From Epithemia pelagica (Eukaryota > Protista > Bacillariophyta): a stretch of DNA of 64,000 nt. The position numbers and the translations under genes were made by a program. Shown here one piece after another: positions 45,999-58,304 of this stretch; position 1 is the first letter of the stretch, and each line of letters starts with the position of its first letter. Under the pieces are notes generated by a model. It was not told where the DNA came from, did no database searches, and worked only from the letters and a program-made list of their open reading frames with translations. Location: contig OX337228.1 of assembly GCA_946965045.2 (NCBI GenBank), forward strand, positions 1,426,001-1,490,000, read 5' to 3'.

Positions 45999-47389
45999 GA
46001 TGCTCGATCTACGTCTTGGTTGTTGTTTGGAAAAGGCAGCAACAAACGAGAGACAGAGACCGCTACAGAGACCTCCAGGTTTCTCTCAAACGAGAACGCA
46101 GCAACGCAAGTATACGAAGAACAATGAATCGGGTGCAAGTCGTTTTGGGGTTCGTGCAAACGACGAGTGAATTCATGACTCTAGGCCCGGTTTCCGTGAC
46201 TCCCCCCAACAGGTTTCCTCTTTCTATGTGACCTTTGAGTCGCGCGCAATCGTGCGAGTCGCGATTTGGCTATCTCCACTAGTGTCCGGCAGTTTCTAGC
46301 TAGGAGTACTAGGAGTAGAGTTGAGAAGTCTCTCCAAATTTTTTCTACCCAAGAAACGACTGCCTGGGTCGGGCCACCATGAGAATCGGAACCCTCCGCC
46401 AGACCACCACATGCCAAAATTGGGGGATCCTCGCTCTAGTGTTCACTACAATATGAGAACGGAAGGATGGTGTGACTCCAAAAGGTCTACAAAGGGGGAT
46501 ATATCCAGGGATGATACTACTACCTCTAGGACGACCACTGCCAATGAATACGTTTCATGTCCGTCGCAGAACGAGCACCAGTCCCATAACCTCTCAAGTC
46601 CTATCGTACATGCATGTCGTTGACATTTTGACGGTATTTGTCTCGCTCAAAGCGCACAACAACAGCCAATGAACTCTCCAACCTACGAACGAGAGGACGA
46701 GATGGGTTTCTCTTTTTCGATCATGGCTTCTATCACCAAGAAAGGAATCATCTCAGAGTCGTCGGATGAGAGATGGAGATTCGGCAGGAAACGTGTTTTT
46801 CTCGCCGTGTGAGCGACCTCATTGGAAATCCCTCCCTCAGATCGCCCTGGACGCTTCTTTCCGTGCTACAGAGGTTCGGGAACGGCAACTTCCACGAATA
46901 GAATAGTGAAGCGCTTTCATCTCGCTGATCTGTTTTTGCCACAGTGAGAAATTGTCGCGTTCGAGTCGAATGAAACAGTTGGAGACTTGCATTTGAGAAT
47001 TGTGAGACGGGAAAGCCTCCTTCGTAAGTCGTAAGGTACGAGTACACGAATAGGGGAACTGGTGGGAACTCGTACTCGTACGGATACTCGTACTCTGGGT
47101 CAATGATTGGCGCGCGAGCGGGCCTGGTGTCCCCCGCATACTCGTAGGTCATACTTGTAATAAGCCTCACTGGTGGGCAATACTTAGATCCGCTTTGTCT
47201 TTGCTTTTGGGCTGGTTGTGAGGGAAAAGGACCAACCAAAAACCGGCACACCAGATGCATTCTTTTTGTCCTTTATTTTTGTGTTGTCATCGACAGTCGA
47301 ATCGACACCATTAGACAAACCCGTTGTACCCTGTCACTCATTCATCTTTGTCCAATCTGTTCTCTCTTGTCTGTTATTTCTATTGAACC

Positions 47390-48238
47390 ATGTCCATGCC
47401 TTCCGCTCTCTCGGAATCCCTTGTTTCGAAAGATGACACTGCAACTACTTCAAAGGACGACCAACACCAGAAATCGAAACAGAAAAAAAAGAAAAAGAAC
47501 GCAACATCCGAATCGGTACCCTTGCTGTACGATCCCGAAATCATGGTACACATGGAAAAATCCGTAGCTCAAGCGTACATTACCTTGTTGTGCGGAGGAG
47601 GCGATATAGACGTCCAACGGAAACGGCTCAACGAAAACAGAATGCGTCGGTCCGCCATTACCGCCGGTTTCTTGGCCATTACCGAGCGAAATGTGGTGGA
47701 AGCCTGCTTTGGTTTGAGTCAGCAACAACCGACTCCTTCTCCTCAGCAATCGGCCGAACTACAAGCTTCGGAGCAACAAGAACAACAACAGCAACAACAA
47801 CTTGTCTCGGCGGAAACGACTCCCGGCGTGGGAACCACAACATCTCCTAGCATAACAGGTGGCGGTACCGAGATGGACAAGGCCTTTGTGGTCAGCTCAC
47901 GTACACTCAAGCACATTAAGCGCATGAAAGTTCTCTTATCCGACATTGCCTTTGATACCGAGGACGACGAAGAAGAACAGGCCTTTTGCAAATTGGCCGT
48001 CATGACCTTTCTCAAAGGGTTTGAAATTGTCCTACTGGCCAACGACGCCATTCAGGAATTAAACGTTTGTACCAAATGTGTCCGCTATGGACGTATCCTC
48101 CGAACCTCTCGTCTCAATCTACAACGAACCTTTCGGAAATTACAAACCGTGGTACTTCGAAAACAACATCTCTCTGTGACAGTGGGGGAACTGTCGGGTG
48201 TACTATCTGTGCCACCGGCAACAATAGAGGGAGAATAA
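47390..48238 (+). CDS. Hypothetical protein (282 aa, mostly helical, Q-rich linker)
   Basis: ATG-started ORF with protein-like composition; no motif recognised. Confidence 0.65.
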   Translation: MSMPSALSESLVSKDDTATTSKDDQHQKSKQKKKKKNATSESVPLLYDPEIMVHMEKSVAQAYITLLCGGGDIDVQRKRLNENRMRRSAITAGFLAITERNVVEACFGLSQQQPTPSPQQSAELQASEQQEQQQQQQLVSAETTPGVGTTTSPSITGGGTEMDKAFVVSSRTLKHIKRMKVLLSDIAFDTEDDEEEQAFCKLAVMTFLKGFEIVLLANDAIQELNVCTKCVRYGRILRTSRLNLQRTFRKLQTVVLRKQHLSVTVGELSGVLSVPPATIEGE

Positions 48239-48325
48239 AATCAATGCACTTGTCATCCGGGGGTCTGTGTATCTTGGTACTATGAATAGGACTATGAATT
48301 GGCAATCGTATACTATTTATGGCAT

Positions 48326-50139
48326 TTACGAGGCAGCTTCGGCCTGTTCGGCTTCTTCATCGGCCGCTTCCAATTCCTTCAACACATCGGGCGGGAGCAG
48401 CGATCCCCCGTTGGCCGCCACATCGTAGGCCGATGCTCGACCGTCCCAGTTCTCACTCATTCGCGATAAACGACGATGGGCAAACTCCAAAAGCTCCTTG
48501 TCGGTGGAAGAGGCCCGCCGATTCTCGGCCAAAATTTGTTGCACCATTACGGTTGGCCGACGAGGTTGCTTGAGTGTTGTTGTTCCATCGCTGTCGGCCG
48601 TGTGCGTTTCGGAAAAGTGCAACAAGGCGTCAATCTCTCCATCGAATAAAAATGTGACAAAGCGCTTCATTTGGGTCAAGTTCAAATTGTTGAATTTCCC
48701 CATGTAGGCAATCTCCCCCAGCTGAATACCCGTCTTTCCGACCGACCCCAATGCGCGTGTTTTGGTTGCCTCGTCCGCAGTGTCGAGAGGAAGTTTGTCC
48801 ACCTCAATTCCCATCATATAATACCCCATGGTGGTGTAGAGCATGCTGGATCCAAACGATCCAATCAGGGCATCCAATACATAGGCATCGTCTTTACCAC
48901 CCTGACGTAGAGACATTTCATAGGCATTCCAAAAGTCCATGATACAATCGAGCAAGTGATGAGCGGCAGCCTTGTTCCCCGTGGCCGCATGACAATACGC
49001 CTGGGCAATGGTGGTGGCTTGAAAAATACCAGCGTCTTTGCCATTGCGGCCTTTAATCGTCATTTCCCAATCCACAAGTGCCCATTTGGCCTCGTCATCT
49101 CGTTCGCTCTTGAATAGGATGTTGGATGGTTTGGTGTCATTGTGGCATAATCTGGAACAATCACGTCCAACAACGCACAAGCAAATCAGTAAAGGTGCGA
49201 GGCAGTCAAAGCCTTTACCTTCTTGCACGTTGCACTTACACTTGTCGTACATTCATGTATTCGTCATCCATTATGTCGATAATGGTTTCGAGACGTTCCA
49301 AACCTAATTCCTTGCAGTACTCAATGCACACATCAGCTTTGCTGTCGGGAACATTGACAAATTGGCCAAAGAATTGTTTGAATAAGGGATGCAAGGATCG
49401 AAAACATCCTCGACAATCCTGGTTCCATTCGTCTTGTACCGGTGTCAACAAGTTGAGACGAGCCAAGGTGGCACCAATGTCGGTCAAAATCCGCTTGTCC
49501 ACTTGACCCTGTTGAAATTGCCAATCCAGCGGCACGTCGGCAATGGACCATTCCGTAATGGAAAGTTTGCCTGCTCCCAGACCATCCTCACCAGGAGGTA
49601 CATCCACACAATAATACGGCTGTGCAATGGGAGCCTTGTCGTAATTTCCTCCATACATTTGTTCGGCTACACGTTGAATGGCCTCAAACTCATTGACCGC
49701 CCTTGACAAATCGAACTTTTGCGATCGGTCCGGGTTCCACACAGCAAATTCAAACGAGAGCTGTCATGAAGATCATGAATCCAAAATTAAAGATGAGTAC
49801 AAAAGGACAAGACGACTCGTGACAAGGTACACGAAAAAGACGGCAAAATCTCGAATGACATGGTCTTTTTTTTCAGCGTACCTTGACAAAGACAGCCTTG
49901 GTCGGGTCCTTGGCCAGAGCAACCTTGTAGGCAAAATTGGTTTGAGATCCTGTAAGAATTTTGAGTTCCAACTCATCTCCGTTGCGCAGTCCTTCTGCCA
50001 TGGACATGAGACCGGTAAACTCCGTCTCGGCCAAGGCTTTTTCTCGCACAACGTCTGCAATCATGGCCTTTTTGTCTTCCTTGGTCTGCAACACGGCAGC
50101 CAGCTTTTCGGCTTGTTGTTTCGTCTGATCGTCCGACAT
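48326..50139 (-). CDS. Aminoglycoside-phosphotransferase/choline-kinase-fold kinase, 3 exons
   Basis: LTGSQTNFAYKV..VFVK, NEFEAI, LCHNDTKPSNILF (Brenner motif), LVDWEM; inferred introns 49761-49881 and 49152-49239. Confidence 0.8.
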
Positions 50140-51835
50140 GATTCGATAGGAGTATGATTTTATAAGGTACAAACTGATGATAGATTTGTTCAAAGTTTTT
50201 TTTGTAACAGTGAATCTTTATACCTTTGTTGACATTGCCAAGAATGATAGATTGAAGTTGTCGAACCACAACCATGTGACGTGGGCAGGATTTCGGTATC
50301 TCGCGTATGTATGCAGTTTTGTGTTGATCTGGCCCGATTCGCCATTATTTCCCCTCCATATTGGTGAGGCGGCCAGACCAAACTCGGTCGCGTTCCGTGG
50401 ACACGTGCTAGGGAGAGCTTGCTCTCAAATGGGGTGGCTTTGCCAGCTCTCCAACTGCCAGCAAGCGGCCCTGCGTGGATGACGGTTGGTTGTTTCATAA
50501 TTCATAATGCCGGACAAGCACACAATCCTTTTCTCTTGCCAAAGCACATCGTATCAATGACATTCCAGGTGAGCTTGATCCATTGAGGATTGCCATGACA
50601 ATTACATTGCTCATGCTCACTCACACTTGTCACTTTTGCTTGCTCTGCTCATGGGACGAGAGTCTGCTCATCTGCTGTGTCTCTGGCTCAGCAGCTCATT
50701 ACTTGCCATTGTTCATTTCTGTCGAAATGATACCCATAACTTTCATTGCATTTATCCACAGACTATAGACCTCCTTTTCTTTATTAACTAGAAATAGAAC
50801 TCAAGTGCTAGCCATCCATAGAGTTTAGTGCCTTCTGTATTCGTGTAGTACATCAGTTTTCTGTTTTGAGCACGTCAATGACCCTCAGTTTCACCATGAA
50901 CACACGACAGAGCAGCTCTTACGCGCTTGTACAGCTACAAATTGAATCATTCGCTGTTTGACTCTAGCTCTAGGAGCTGATAATTGGAAAGTAGGGTGTG
51001 GCAAGTGGCAAGAGCAAGATGGAGCCATCTACTTGAAGCAAAAACAACAAAATTTTCGGTCGTTGAGAAATGATTGACAATGATACTATGAATAGTGAAT
51101 CATCTATCCTACAGGAAACATGAAAGTAACCAACCAGCCAACAATCAAACGACAAAAGAATTACAAGAAGGGGAAAGGGAAGGATATTCCACTTGACCAC
51201 AAGGCTTATACCCAGTCTACTCGTACAACATGAGACAAATCCAAAGGATCATGCAAGAACAAAAGGAAAGATTGCAGCAGTGATGAGTAAGAAGAAAGAA
51301 AAGGAGACGACAAGATTAGAAACAAGCAGCAGTAGTGAGAAGTTAAATGCGATTCAGCCCAGCATGATCCGTCCATGGTTCTTACCTCACGTCATGGTCA
51401 AGCATTTGCCTCGGTTTTGGGTTTTGTGACAGACGAGAACAAGAGGGTTGCCCAAATTTATGAGCATTCAGAAACCACTGGACGCAAGCCGACCTGTATG
51501 AAACGGTGTTGGCAATTAGAGATACTTAGAGCTACCTGGAGCAGTGGCGGGCGATATTAAAAAAAGATAGGGTTGGGGATATGTCTGGCCGCCTCACCAA
51601 TATGGAGGGGAAATAATGGCGAATGTCCAGTGATTTTTATGGGAACCGACGTCTCCGGGAAATCTAACCCCACCGGGACTTACACGCGGCAGGAATCCCG
51701 CGGTGAATCAACGTCGGATGTCGTCCCAAAATCAAAAATCCAGAACCGGCTCCCAGTTTGCTTGTTGAGTGAAGTTGTTCTACCGGTAGACATACGACAT
51801 TTGCCACTGTTTCAGCTCGTCTCTATACAAAAGCA

Positions 51836-53485
51836 ATGGGAAAAGGACAAAAGAGAGGAGGAGGCGGGGGATCTTCATCCGGTGGTGGGCATTCCAAACG
51901 ACAAGGTGGAAGCGGCCGTGGCGGCAGCCATCAGCTTCAACAGCATTCACACGGTGGAACCTCGGCCGATGATGGCTCCTTTGCGGCGGCCCTCGAATTG
52001 GAAGTCCAAATGTTGGATCATCCTGGAAGTGCGGGAATGACCAGCTCGTTTCACCATGCAAGTAGCAGCCACCATCACAGCCACCACCACCACAACACGA
52101 GCCACAGCCACCATCATGGTGCCCATGCCAAAAAGGCATCGGTCGCTTCATCGCCGCCGCCAAGTCACCCATCTCTTTTATTATTGTTGGGAATCGCCAC
52201 CTGGGAAGAATTTGGATTGGGAATTGTCTCCGTACTATTATCCGCATTGGTTTCAGTGATTGTGGGTGTTGCTGCTGGAATCGCTCTCAGTGTCCAATCC
52301 ATGGACCCTCTCGATGCGGCCCTCTTGTTCTTTAGCACGTCGGGGGCGTCCCAGGAAGCTTCATCCTCATCGTCATCATCCTCTTTGGGTATGACGGCGA
52401 GTAGTAGTAGTATGAGTAGTGGCAGTGCCAGCGCACCTGCTTCTCCGGGCTACGGGATCGCTTCACCACCACCTCAAGTCTTGTTTCATCATTCTCGTAT
52501 TACCATTGGCGATCCTTATATCGCACGACACAATTCACTGGCTTCCGGCTCCGATCCCATGATGATTGATGGCAGTCGGATTTCCAGTATGGATCGGATA
52601 TTAATGTTGGTAGAGAAAAGTCCACCATTGCTGGAACAAACGACGTTGAACCCACAGTCGTTCTGGCAGGGAGGTACAGGTGGTGATGAACCACGGGAAG
52701 GAGGAGGAGGGGACCAGGAAGGCAGTTGCTCGTCCGAACAGCAACGAATCACAAAGCGTCCCCAAACGGCACAGCCACCCATGATTGATCCACCCATGAC
52801 ATCGTTTGAGCAATACAGTCAAGTCCAACCCAGTCTTTGCTCCGACGGTGAAACCTATGGGTACGATCGATGGGACACGCTCATCAAAGCGTTTCAAGAG
52901 GCGAATTCGTATTCGACGGATCGGTTCATGCGTTGGAATAAATACTTTGCCACTACCAAGGGTACGATACAGGAAGGGAGATTCTGGGACGATCCACGCC
53001 ATTATTACGATGAAGACATTGTCTTGACCATCTGTCCAAATGCCGTTCTACGAGGATCACGAGGACCGCTAGCCTTTGTCAATGCTGAAAACATTGTATT
53101 GGAGTGTGATGATTGTGCGATTCATTTGACTCATCGTACACAAGCAGGCAGTCATTTTTCGTTTGGTCCGCACGCCAAAAACATTTGGATCCGCGGTGTG
53201 ACCTTCCGAGGGGCCACATCGACTAGTTTGCTATTCCACTACGACGGGGCCGAAGTATCCTTGGAAGACTGTTTCTTTGAGAACAACATGGGAACATCAC
53301 GCCACTTTGGAACAGTCGCCGATGTCAATTCTACCAGTGTCGTCAATTTCTATCGATGTCTCATGAACAATAACGACAAATCGCCCAGCAGCGGCACCGT
53401 TTCGGGGAGTTCGACTGGAAGTCTCGCCGGTCCTGCCAGCACTCTTACTTCATTATCCATACGAGCGAGAGATATGGAACTATAG
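51836..53485 (+). CDS. Hypothetical type II membrane protein with C-terminal beta-helix (pectin-lyase-like) region
   Basis: G/S/H-rich N-terminus, TM (IVSVLLSALVSVIVGVAAGIAL), C-terminal IVLECDDC..HFSFG..IRGVTFRGA..LEDCFFENN. Confidence 0.65.
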   Translation: MGKGQKRGGGGGSSSGGGHSKRQGGSGRGGSHQLQQHSHGGTSADDGSFAAALELEVQMLDHPGSAGMTSSFHHASSSHHHSHHHHNTSHSHHHGAHAKKASVASSPPPSHPSLLLLLGIATWEEFGLGIVSVLLSALVSVIVGVAAGIALSVQSMDPLDAALLFFSTSGASQEASSSSSSSSLGMTASSSSMSSGSASAPASPGYGIASPPPQVLFHHSRITIGDPYIARHNSLASGSDPMMIDGSRISSMDRILMLVEKSPPLLEQTTLNPQSFWQGGTGGDEPREGGGGDQEGSCSSEQQRITKRPQTAQPPMIDPPMTSFEQYSQVQPSLCSDGETYGYDRWDTLIKAFQEANSYSTDRFMRWNKYFATTKGTIQEGRFWDDPRHYYDEDIVLTICPNAVLRGSRGPLAFVNAENIVLECDDCAIHLTHRTQAGSHFSFGPHAKNIWIRGVTFRGATSTSLLFHYDGAEVSLEDCFFENNMGTSRHFGTVADVNSTSVVNFYRCLMNNNDKSPSSGTVSGSSTGSLAGPASTLTSLSIRARDMEL

Positions 53486-53761
53486 CAGTACTCCTACATG
53501 ATTAATCAGAAACGTTTTGCAACTCTTCTCACTCTCATCTCCTTTTCTATTCAAGTCATCTCGATGCAGTCGCGTGCGATTGACTTTGCCATAACCGGGT
53601 CACGTACAGACGGCATTGGATCCAACGCGTCGAAAACCCGCAAAGAACATACCAAATGGGTCTCTTTTCTGTATCTTTTCAACAGGGAGAGTTCAAGAGA
53701 GCAACGTAATCGAGAGCTGCAAACGTCTAAAAGATTCATTGTCATATCACAGAAGAGCACC

Positions 53762-55096
53762 ATGTTGAAACAAAAACATGTAAGTTGGCGTGATACCAAT
53801 CTCGCCTTGATCGGATCGGATCTGGATCACAAAATCAAGGCGGCCGCAGCAGCCAATGAACCACAGTGGGTCAATGTCGGAAAATCCCCTGGTCTCAATG
53901 TGTGGCGAATTGAAAAGTTTATCGTCAAGCCATGGCCCAAATCCAAGTATGGAAAGTTTCATACGGGAGATTCCTACGTTATTTTGAACACGTACAAGCC
54001 GGACCCGTCCAAACCCAAGTTGGCCTATGACATTCACATTTGGATTGGTTCCGAATCTTCGCAAGACGAATACGGTACGGCCGCCTACAAAATGGTGGAA
54101 TTGGATGACAAATTGGGGGGAGCGCCGGTACAGCATCGCGAAGTACAAGGAGGTGAATCCGAAATGTTTTTGAACTACTTCCGTCACAAGGTCACTTATT
54201 TGGCCGGTGGCATTGAAACCGGCTTTCGCCATGTCGAAGCCGGAGAAGGAGCGAGTAAGGAACCTCACTTATTTCATATCAAAGGCAAAGGTGCAACCCT
54301 ACGCATGACTCAAGAATCGCACATTCGACGCAACGTTCTGAATGAAGGAGATGTTTTTATTCTGACCGCCAATGACAAGGTTTGGCTTTGGATTGGCGGC
54401 TCGGCGAATCAAGACGAAAAATCCAAGGGTATGGAAGTCGCAAGAGCGCTTTGTACCCATGGTGGTACTCCCGAGACGATTCGTGGTACGGACGAACCAG
54501 AATCGGACCATGCCGAATTTTGGAAGCTTGTTCCAGCAACGGGGAAAGCAGCCCTTTCGAAAAAGCTTCATGTCGCCAAAGCCGATGACAAGGACAATGA
54601 CGTCTCTCAGGCCATGGCGCCTGTGATTTATACATGCAGCACGAGTGGAAGCAATCACAAGATTTCCTTTCGCAAGGTGCTGACTGCGAAGCGCACGACT
54701 GTGGGCGTCACCACGGCATGGAAATTCTCCAACATGTCACTCTCGTCCTTGCAAAGCAAGTATTCGAAGAATGTTTTGCTGCTCGATACTGGATTCTACT
54801 GTTTTGTATGGATGGGAACGCAACATGCGGCAAGCAAAAGTGGTGCAACCATGTCTCCTGTCAGCGTCGAACGGGCCTACGTCAAACAATTTCATCGACC
54901 CGATGAATTGCCCTTGACCATTGTCAAGCAGAATCAAGAAACGACCAAATTCAAGAGCTTCTTTACTGAAAGCAAGGGCGGTACCAGTGCTGGAGCGGCA
55001 ACTGGAACATCCAACCATACTAGGTCAAGACCGGAACCTAGCAATGGGCAACAACAAGAAGCAGTTGGCGGAACGTGCAAATGCGTCATTTTGTAG
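53762..55096 (+). CDS. Gelsolin/severin-family actin-binding protein ending in a CaaX box
   Basis: GLNVWRIEKF, GKFHTGDSYVIL, DIHIWIGSESSQDEYGTAAYKMVELD, VQHREVQGGES, LNEGDVFIL; C-terminus ...TCKCVIL*. Confidence 0.92.
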   Translation: MLKQKHVSWRDTNLALIGSDLDHKIKAAAAANEPQWVNVGKSPGLNVWRIEKFIVKPWPKSKYGKFHTGDSYVILNTYKPDPSKPKLAYDIHIWIGSESSQDEYGTAAYKMVELDDKLGGAPVQHREVQGGESEMFLNYFRHKVTYLAGGIETGFRHVEAGEGASKEPHLFHIKGKGATLRMTQESHIRRNVLNEGDVFILTANDKVWLWIGGSANQDEKSKGMEVARALCTHGGTPETIRGTDEPESDHAEFWKLVPATGKAALSKKLHVAKADDKDNDVSQAMAPVIYTCSTSGSNHKISFRKVLTAKRTTVGVTTAWKFSNMSLSSLQSKYSKNVLLLDTGFYCFVWMGTQHAASKSGATMSPVSVERAYVKQFHRPDELPLTIVKQNQETTKFKSFFTESKGGTSAGAATGTSNHTRSRPEPSNGQQQEAVGGTCKCVIL

Positions 55097-55693
55097 TGTA
55101 TTTGGTGTTTTGCGTTCAACAAGCAACGATTTCGAGTATCTGTTAGTCAAAAATAATGTTAAAGCGGTGTCATCTATGTCTGACAGTGTGCCATGGTTCC
55201 TCTCGTGATCATGGTCCTACTCCGATTGAATATTTGGACGAAGTGCCCTCTAGGGCTAGGAGTACTCCCATTCTACTCCTAGGAGTAAGTGATTCACTTG
55301 AGAATCGTGGCTGCAGATAGCAGGGATAGCTACCTCACCAGATGGATGGACAGACTCCTTTTGTTCCACGTGAAAGGGAAGCATGAACACGCACTTGCAC
55401 TTTTGCCCAACAATGATCATGGTCCGTTGACTGCTGGGAACGAAGTAGACACAAAACAACCAAACTACAGACACATCCCCACGATTTAGCGCCATTGAGG
55501 TCATTCCTCTGTCATTCTTGCAATTTGCAGGCAGTCCATTTGGTGATCATCGCATCTTTTTTCAGAGTCTTGAGTGTTGTTGCATATAAGCGACACTGAT
55601 TGCAACCCTCCGTTGTCGAAGAGAGTGGACCCAGAGGTCGACACTTTGTTTGCCCTTGTCGTCAATTGATCCGCTGCAACAACAACCATCACC

Positions 55694-56680
55694 ATGGCTC
55701 CTCCCAAAGCCAAGCTACGTAAACGCAAGAACAATACCAAGAAAGATAAAGGTGCAGAAGAAGATGAGGTTATTGACATGTTTGGATTAGGCGACCCGAA
55801 GAGCAGTGCCGGTCAATCGGATTTTGATTTCCCCATGCCTCCTCAAATGGGCAAAGCCGCGGCGAAAGAAGCCATGAAAAAGAAAACGGACAATGACGAC
55901 GACGACGATGATGATGATAGCGATGATGATGACAACATGAATTCGATGCCGACCAAATCAAAACTGCGTCAAAAACAGCAACAAGCGGATAAGGCGTCGC
56001 ATCCACCATTGGCCAAAGCGGGTGGCGACAAAGGCATCAAAATGGGACCATTGATCATGCTGCTTATCATGTTTGGAACTACCCTAATTCCTGCCGTGCT
56101 GTATCTTGGTGATGCTGCTTCATCCTATTGGGGTCAGGTTGACGTGATGAAAAACATTGGATATCAATTGGGCATGGGCCCTGTACCTCGCAAACGCGTC
56201 GTTTCTTTTTACGAAAAGCACAATCCAGACAAATTGGCGGACGTCCCCAAAGTGTTGCGCAATCATTACGGTGACTATCCCAAGTTGATTCGCAAACTGG
56301 AACGCAAATACCAGGATTATGGTTATTTCATGGGATGGGAAGAGGACGAAGCGCCTTCACGGATTGTTCAAGAGCAATTCCAAGAATGGTATTCCATTTG
56401 GATTCAGAAATACTGGAATGTGCACGCACCCGTTTGGCTGCGGACGCGGGTCCGGAATATCAAGTACAATCTCAATGGATTGTACAAACAAGGGCGCAAA
56501 CTTTGGCGTAAATACGTATGGCCGTATTTGTTGGAACCCTTGTTTGGAGTACCCGATGAAAAGACGGCGGCACGGCAAAAGCGACAAGATGCCAAACGAG
56601 CCCAGGAACAACAAAGGGCATCCTCGTCGTCTTCTCGTCGACGAAAAAACACTGATTTCCGCGATGATGTGGAGGATTAG
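55694..56680 (+). CDS. Hypothetical membrane protein (K/D-rich N-terminus, TM, FYEKHNPDK..KY helical domain)
   Basis: 328-aa ATG-started ORF with one clear TM. Confidence 0.7.
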   Translation: MAPPKAKLRKRKNNTKKDKGAEEDEVIDMFGLGDPKSSAGQSDFDFPMPPQMGKAAAKEAMKKKTDNDDDDDDDDSDDDDNMNSMPTKSKLRQKQQQADKASHPPLAKAGGDKGIKMGPLIMLLIMFGTTLIPAVLYLGDAASSYWGQVDVMKNIGYQLGMGPVPRKRVVSFYEKHNPDKLADVPKVLRNHYGDYPKLIRKLERKYQDYGYFMGWEEDEAPSRIVQEQFQEWYSIWIQKYWNVHAPVWLRTRVRNIKYNLNGLYKQGRKLWRKYVWPYLLEPLFGVPDEKTAARQKRQDAKRAQEQQRASSSSSRRRKNTDFRDDVED

Positions 56681-57798
56681 TTGTAACCCGACGAGTTTCT
56701 ACAGCTAGTCTACCACGAACGAATAAAAATGAACATGCTCCCATGGCATATCTACATAAAGCAATATTCTATCATTGTTTGATCTAGTTCGTGAGTTCTT
56801 TGCCTGACCATGTCTGAACGAAACATGTTCTACGTCGCAACTGCGGACGGATCGGGCGTAGACGTAACGCAATGACAGTTGGTGTAATAGCAAAGACGAC
56901 ACAGATCTAAAGATTCATTGATAAAGATTATCGCAACCCGAAAGTTATAAATGGTTCGTCTTAATATACAGATAGACCAGGTGAAGGTCCAAAAGGCTTT
57001 GCAAGATGCGAAAGTATAGGTCGTGTGAATCAGGAATGACACAAAGTATGAGTAGCTGACCAAATCATAATAGCGGATTGAATAGAGCGGGTGGTGTATT
57101 TCGTGGGAGAAGCTCAGTCGCGATGACCAAAACGGAATATTCAGTACGGCATTGCAGGACAAGAGGCCACGGCATGATCGAATCTTGATGATGATTATTA
57201 TTTTTGGCTGCCTGCAAACTGACCGAACGTTTCCCCCTCAGTTTAGATACCCCATTCTAGATTGAGAGCCACATTGGTTCGAATGTCTTGATTGGGGTCT
57301 TGGTCATTGATATGCAATGCTTGTGACAATTCATCCACGCGGCTCATGAGGCGCGTGGAAGACGACCGTTGCTGTTGGTGTTGAGGCGATTGCGAATCTG
57401 CTCCCAATAGCCGTGCGTCAACTTGGGGAACGACCGCAAACAACAAGACGGTCCATAGCATGACAAGGAGGAGGCCGGAAACGGAACGAAACGCGGAATT
57501 CATAATAGGGTATTTCCTGAATCTCAAAATGATTGGCTGTGTGTGTTCTTCAAGAGTCCAATGCTGGATCAGAGTTCAGAAAGAGAGTTCTTTGGTCGAG
57601 GATCGAATGACTGTGGGGTCGGTGGGTAGAGACCGAGGTTGATGGAAAGAGCAATGGCACAAAGGAGATGGCGAGATGTATGAGACCTGCAATGATGCGT
57701 TGAGAATCTTGGTTTGACTTCGTGTTCCTCTCGCAGTTCCCGTTTGGGTTTGTTCTTTGTTGCGCAAGTTCCGGTTGCTCCTTTTGATTCCTGCTTGG

Positions 57799-57833
57799 GG
57801 TCTTTGGTCTTTGGTCTTTGGTCTTTGGTCTTT
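57799..57833. repeat. (GGTCTTT)5 minisatellite
   Basis: Five exact 7-bp units. Confidence 0.9.
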
Positions 57834-58304
57834 TTCGGTTTTGGCGACACAAAGAACAGATGCTCGGCGGTCATTGTCATTTTATTTATCCCTGTGACAG
57901 CGATCGCGCGCGCTGGCAAGGTGGGGCAATACGAAATGGTAGCTTGCTCGCCATGACCAAATACGGACGACGGACGGACAACCTCTGAACAAGAGAGGAG
58001 ATGACATGGAAATTCGGAAGCAGACATGCAATCGACTGACGACATTGATCGGATTGGCGTGGTTGCATCGAAGGGACTGAGACCGAGGTGGTGGTAGGAC
58101 AACACATTTTCCCTTTCACATTCTCACTCTTACGGCAACCTTTCTGTCCATTCTCTGACTTTCCTTGTCATCGGCGGGAAAAGATTCATTCGGATCGAAG
58201 GATTAAATACTCGGTCCACGGGCTAGTACGAGCAACAATCTACAATTTGCATTCGACAACCACACATCGCCGCAATTTCATTCAAACACCAGTTTATTTC
58301 CCAC

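Noticed and set aside
53498-53761. 88-aa N-terminal extension of the gelsolin ORF
   Set aside because: Homology starts at MLKQKHVSWRDTNLALIG (53762); upstream looks like open 5' UTR or promoter
56903-57265. Possible degraded frame with many TAG/TAA stops
   Set aside because: No recognisable motif; evidence too weak to call a pseudogene
57799-57833. (GGTCTTT)5 as an interstitial telomere or CRISPR-like array
   Set aside because: No spacers and does not match TTAGGG-type repeats; simple minisatellite
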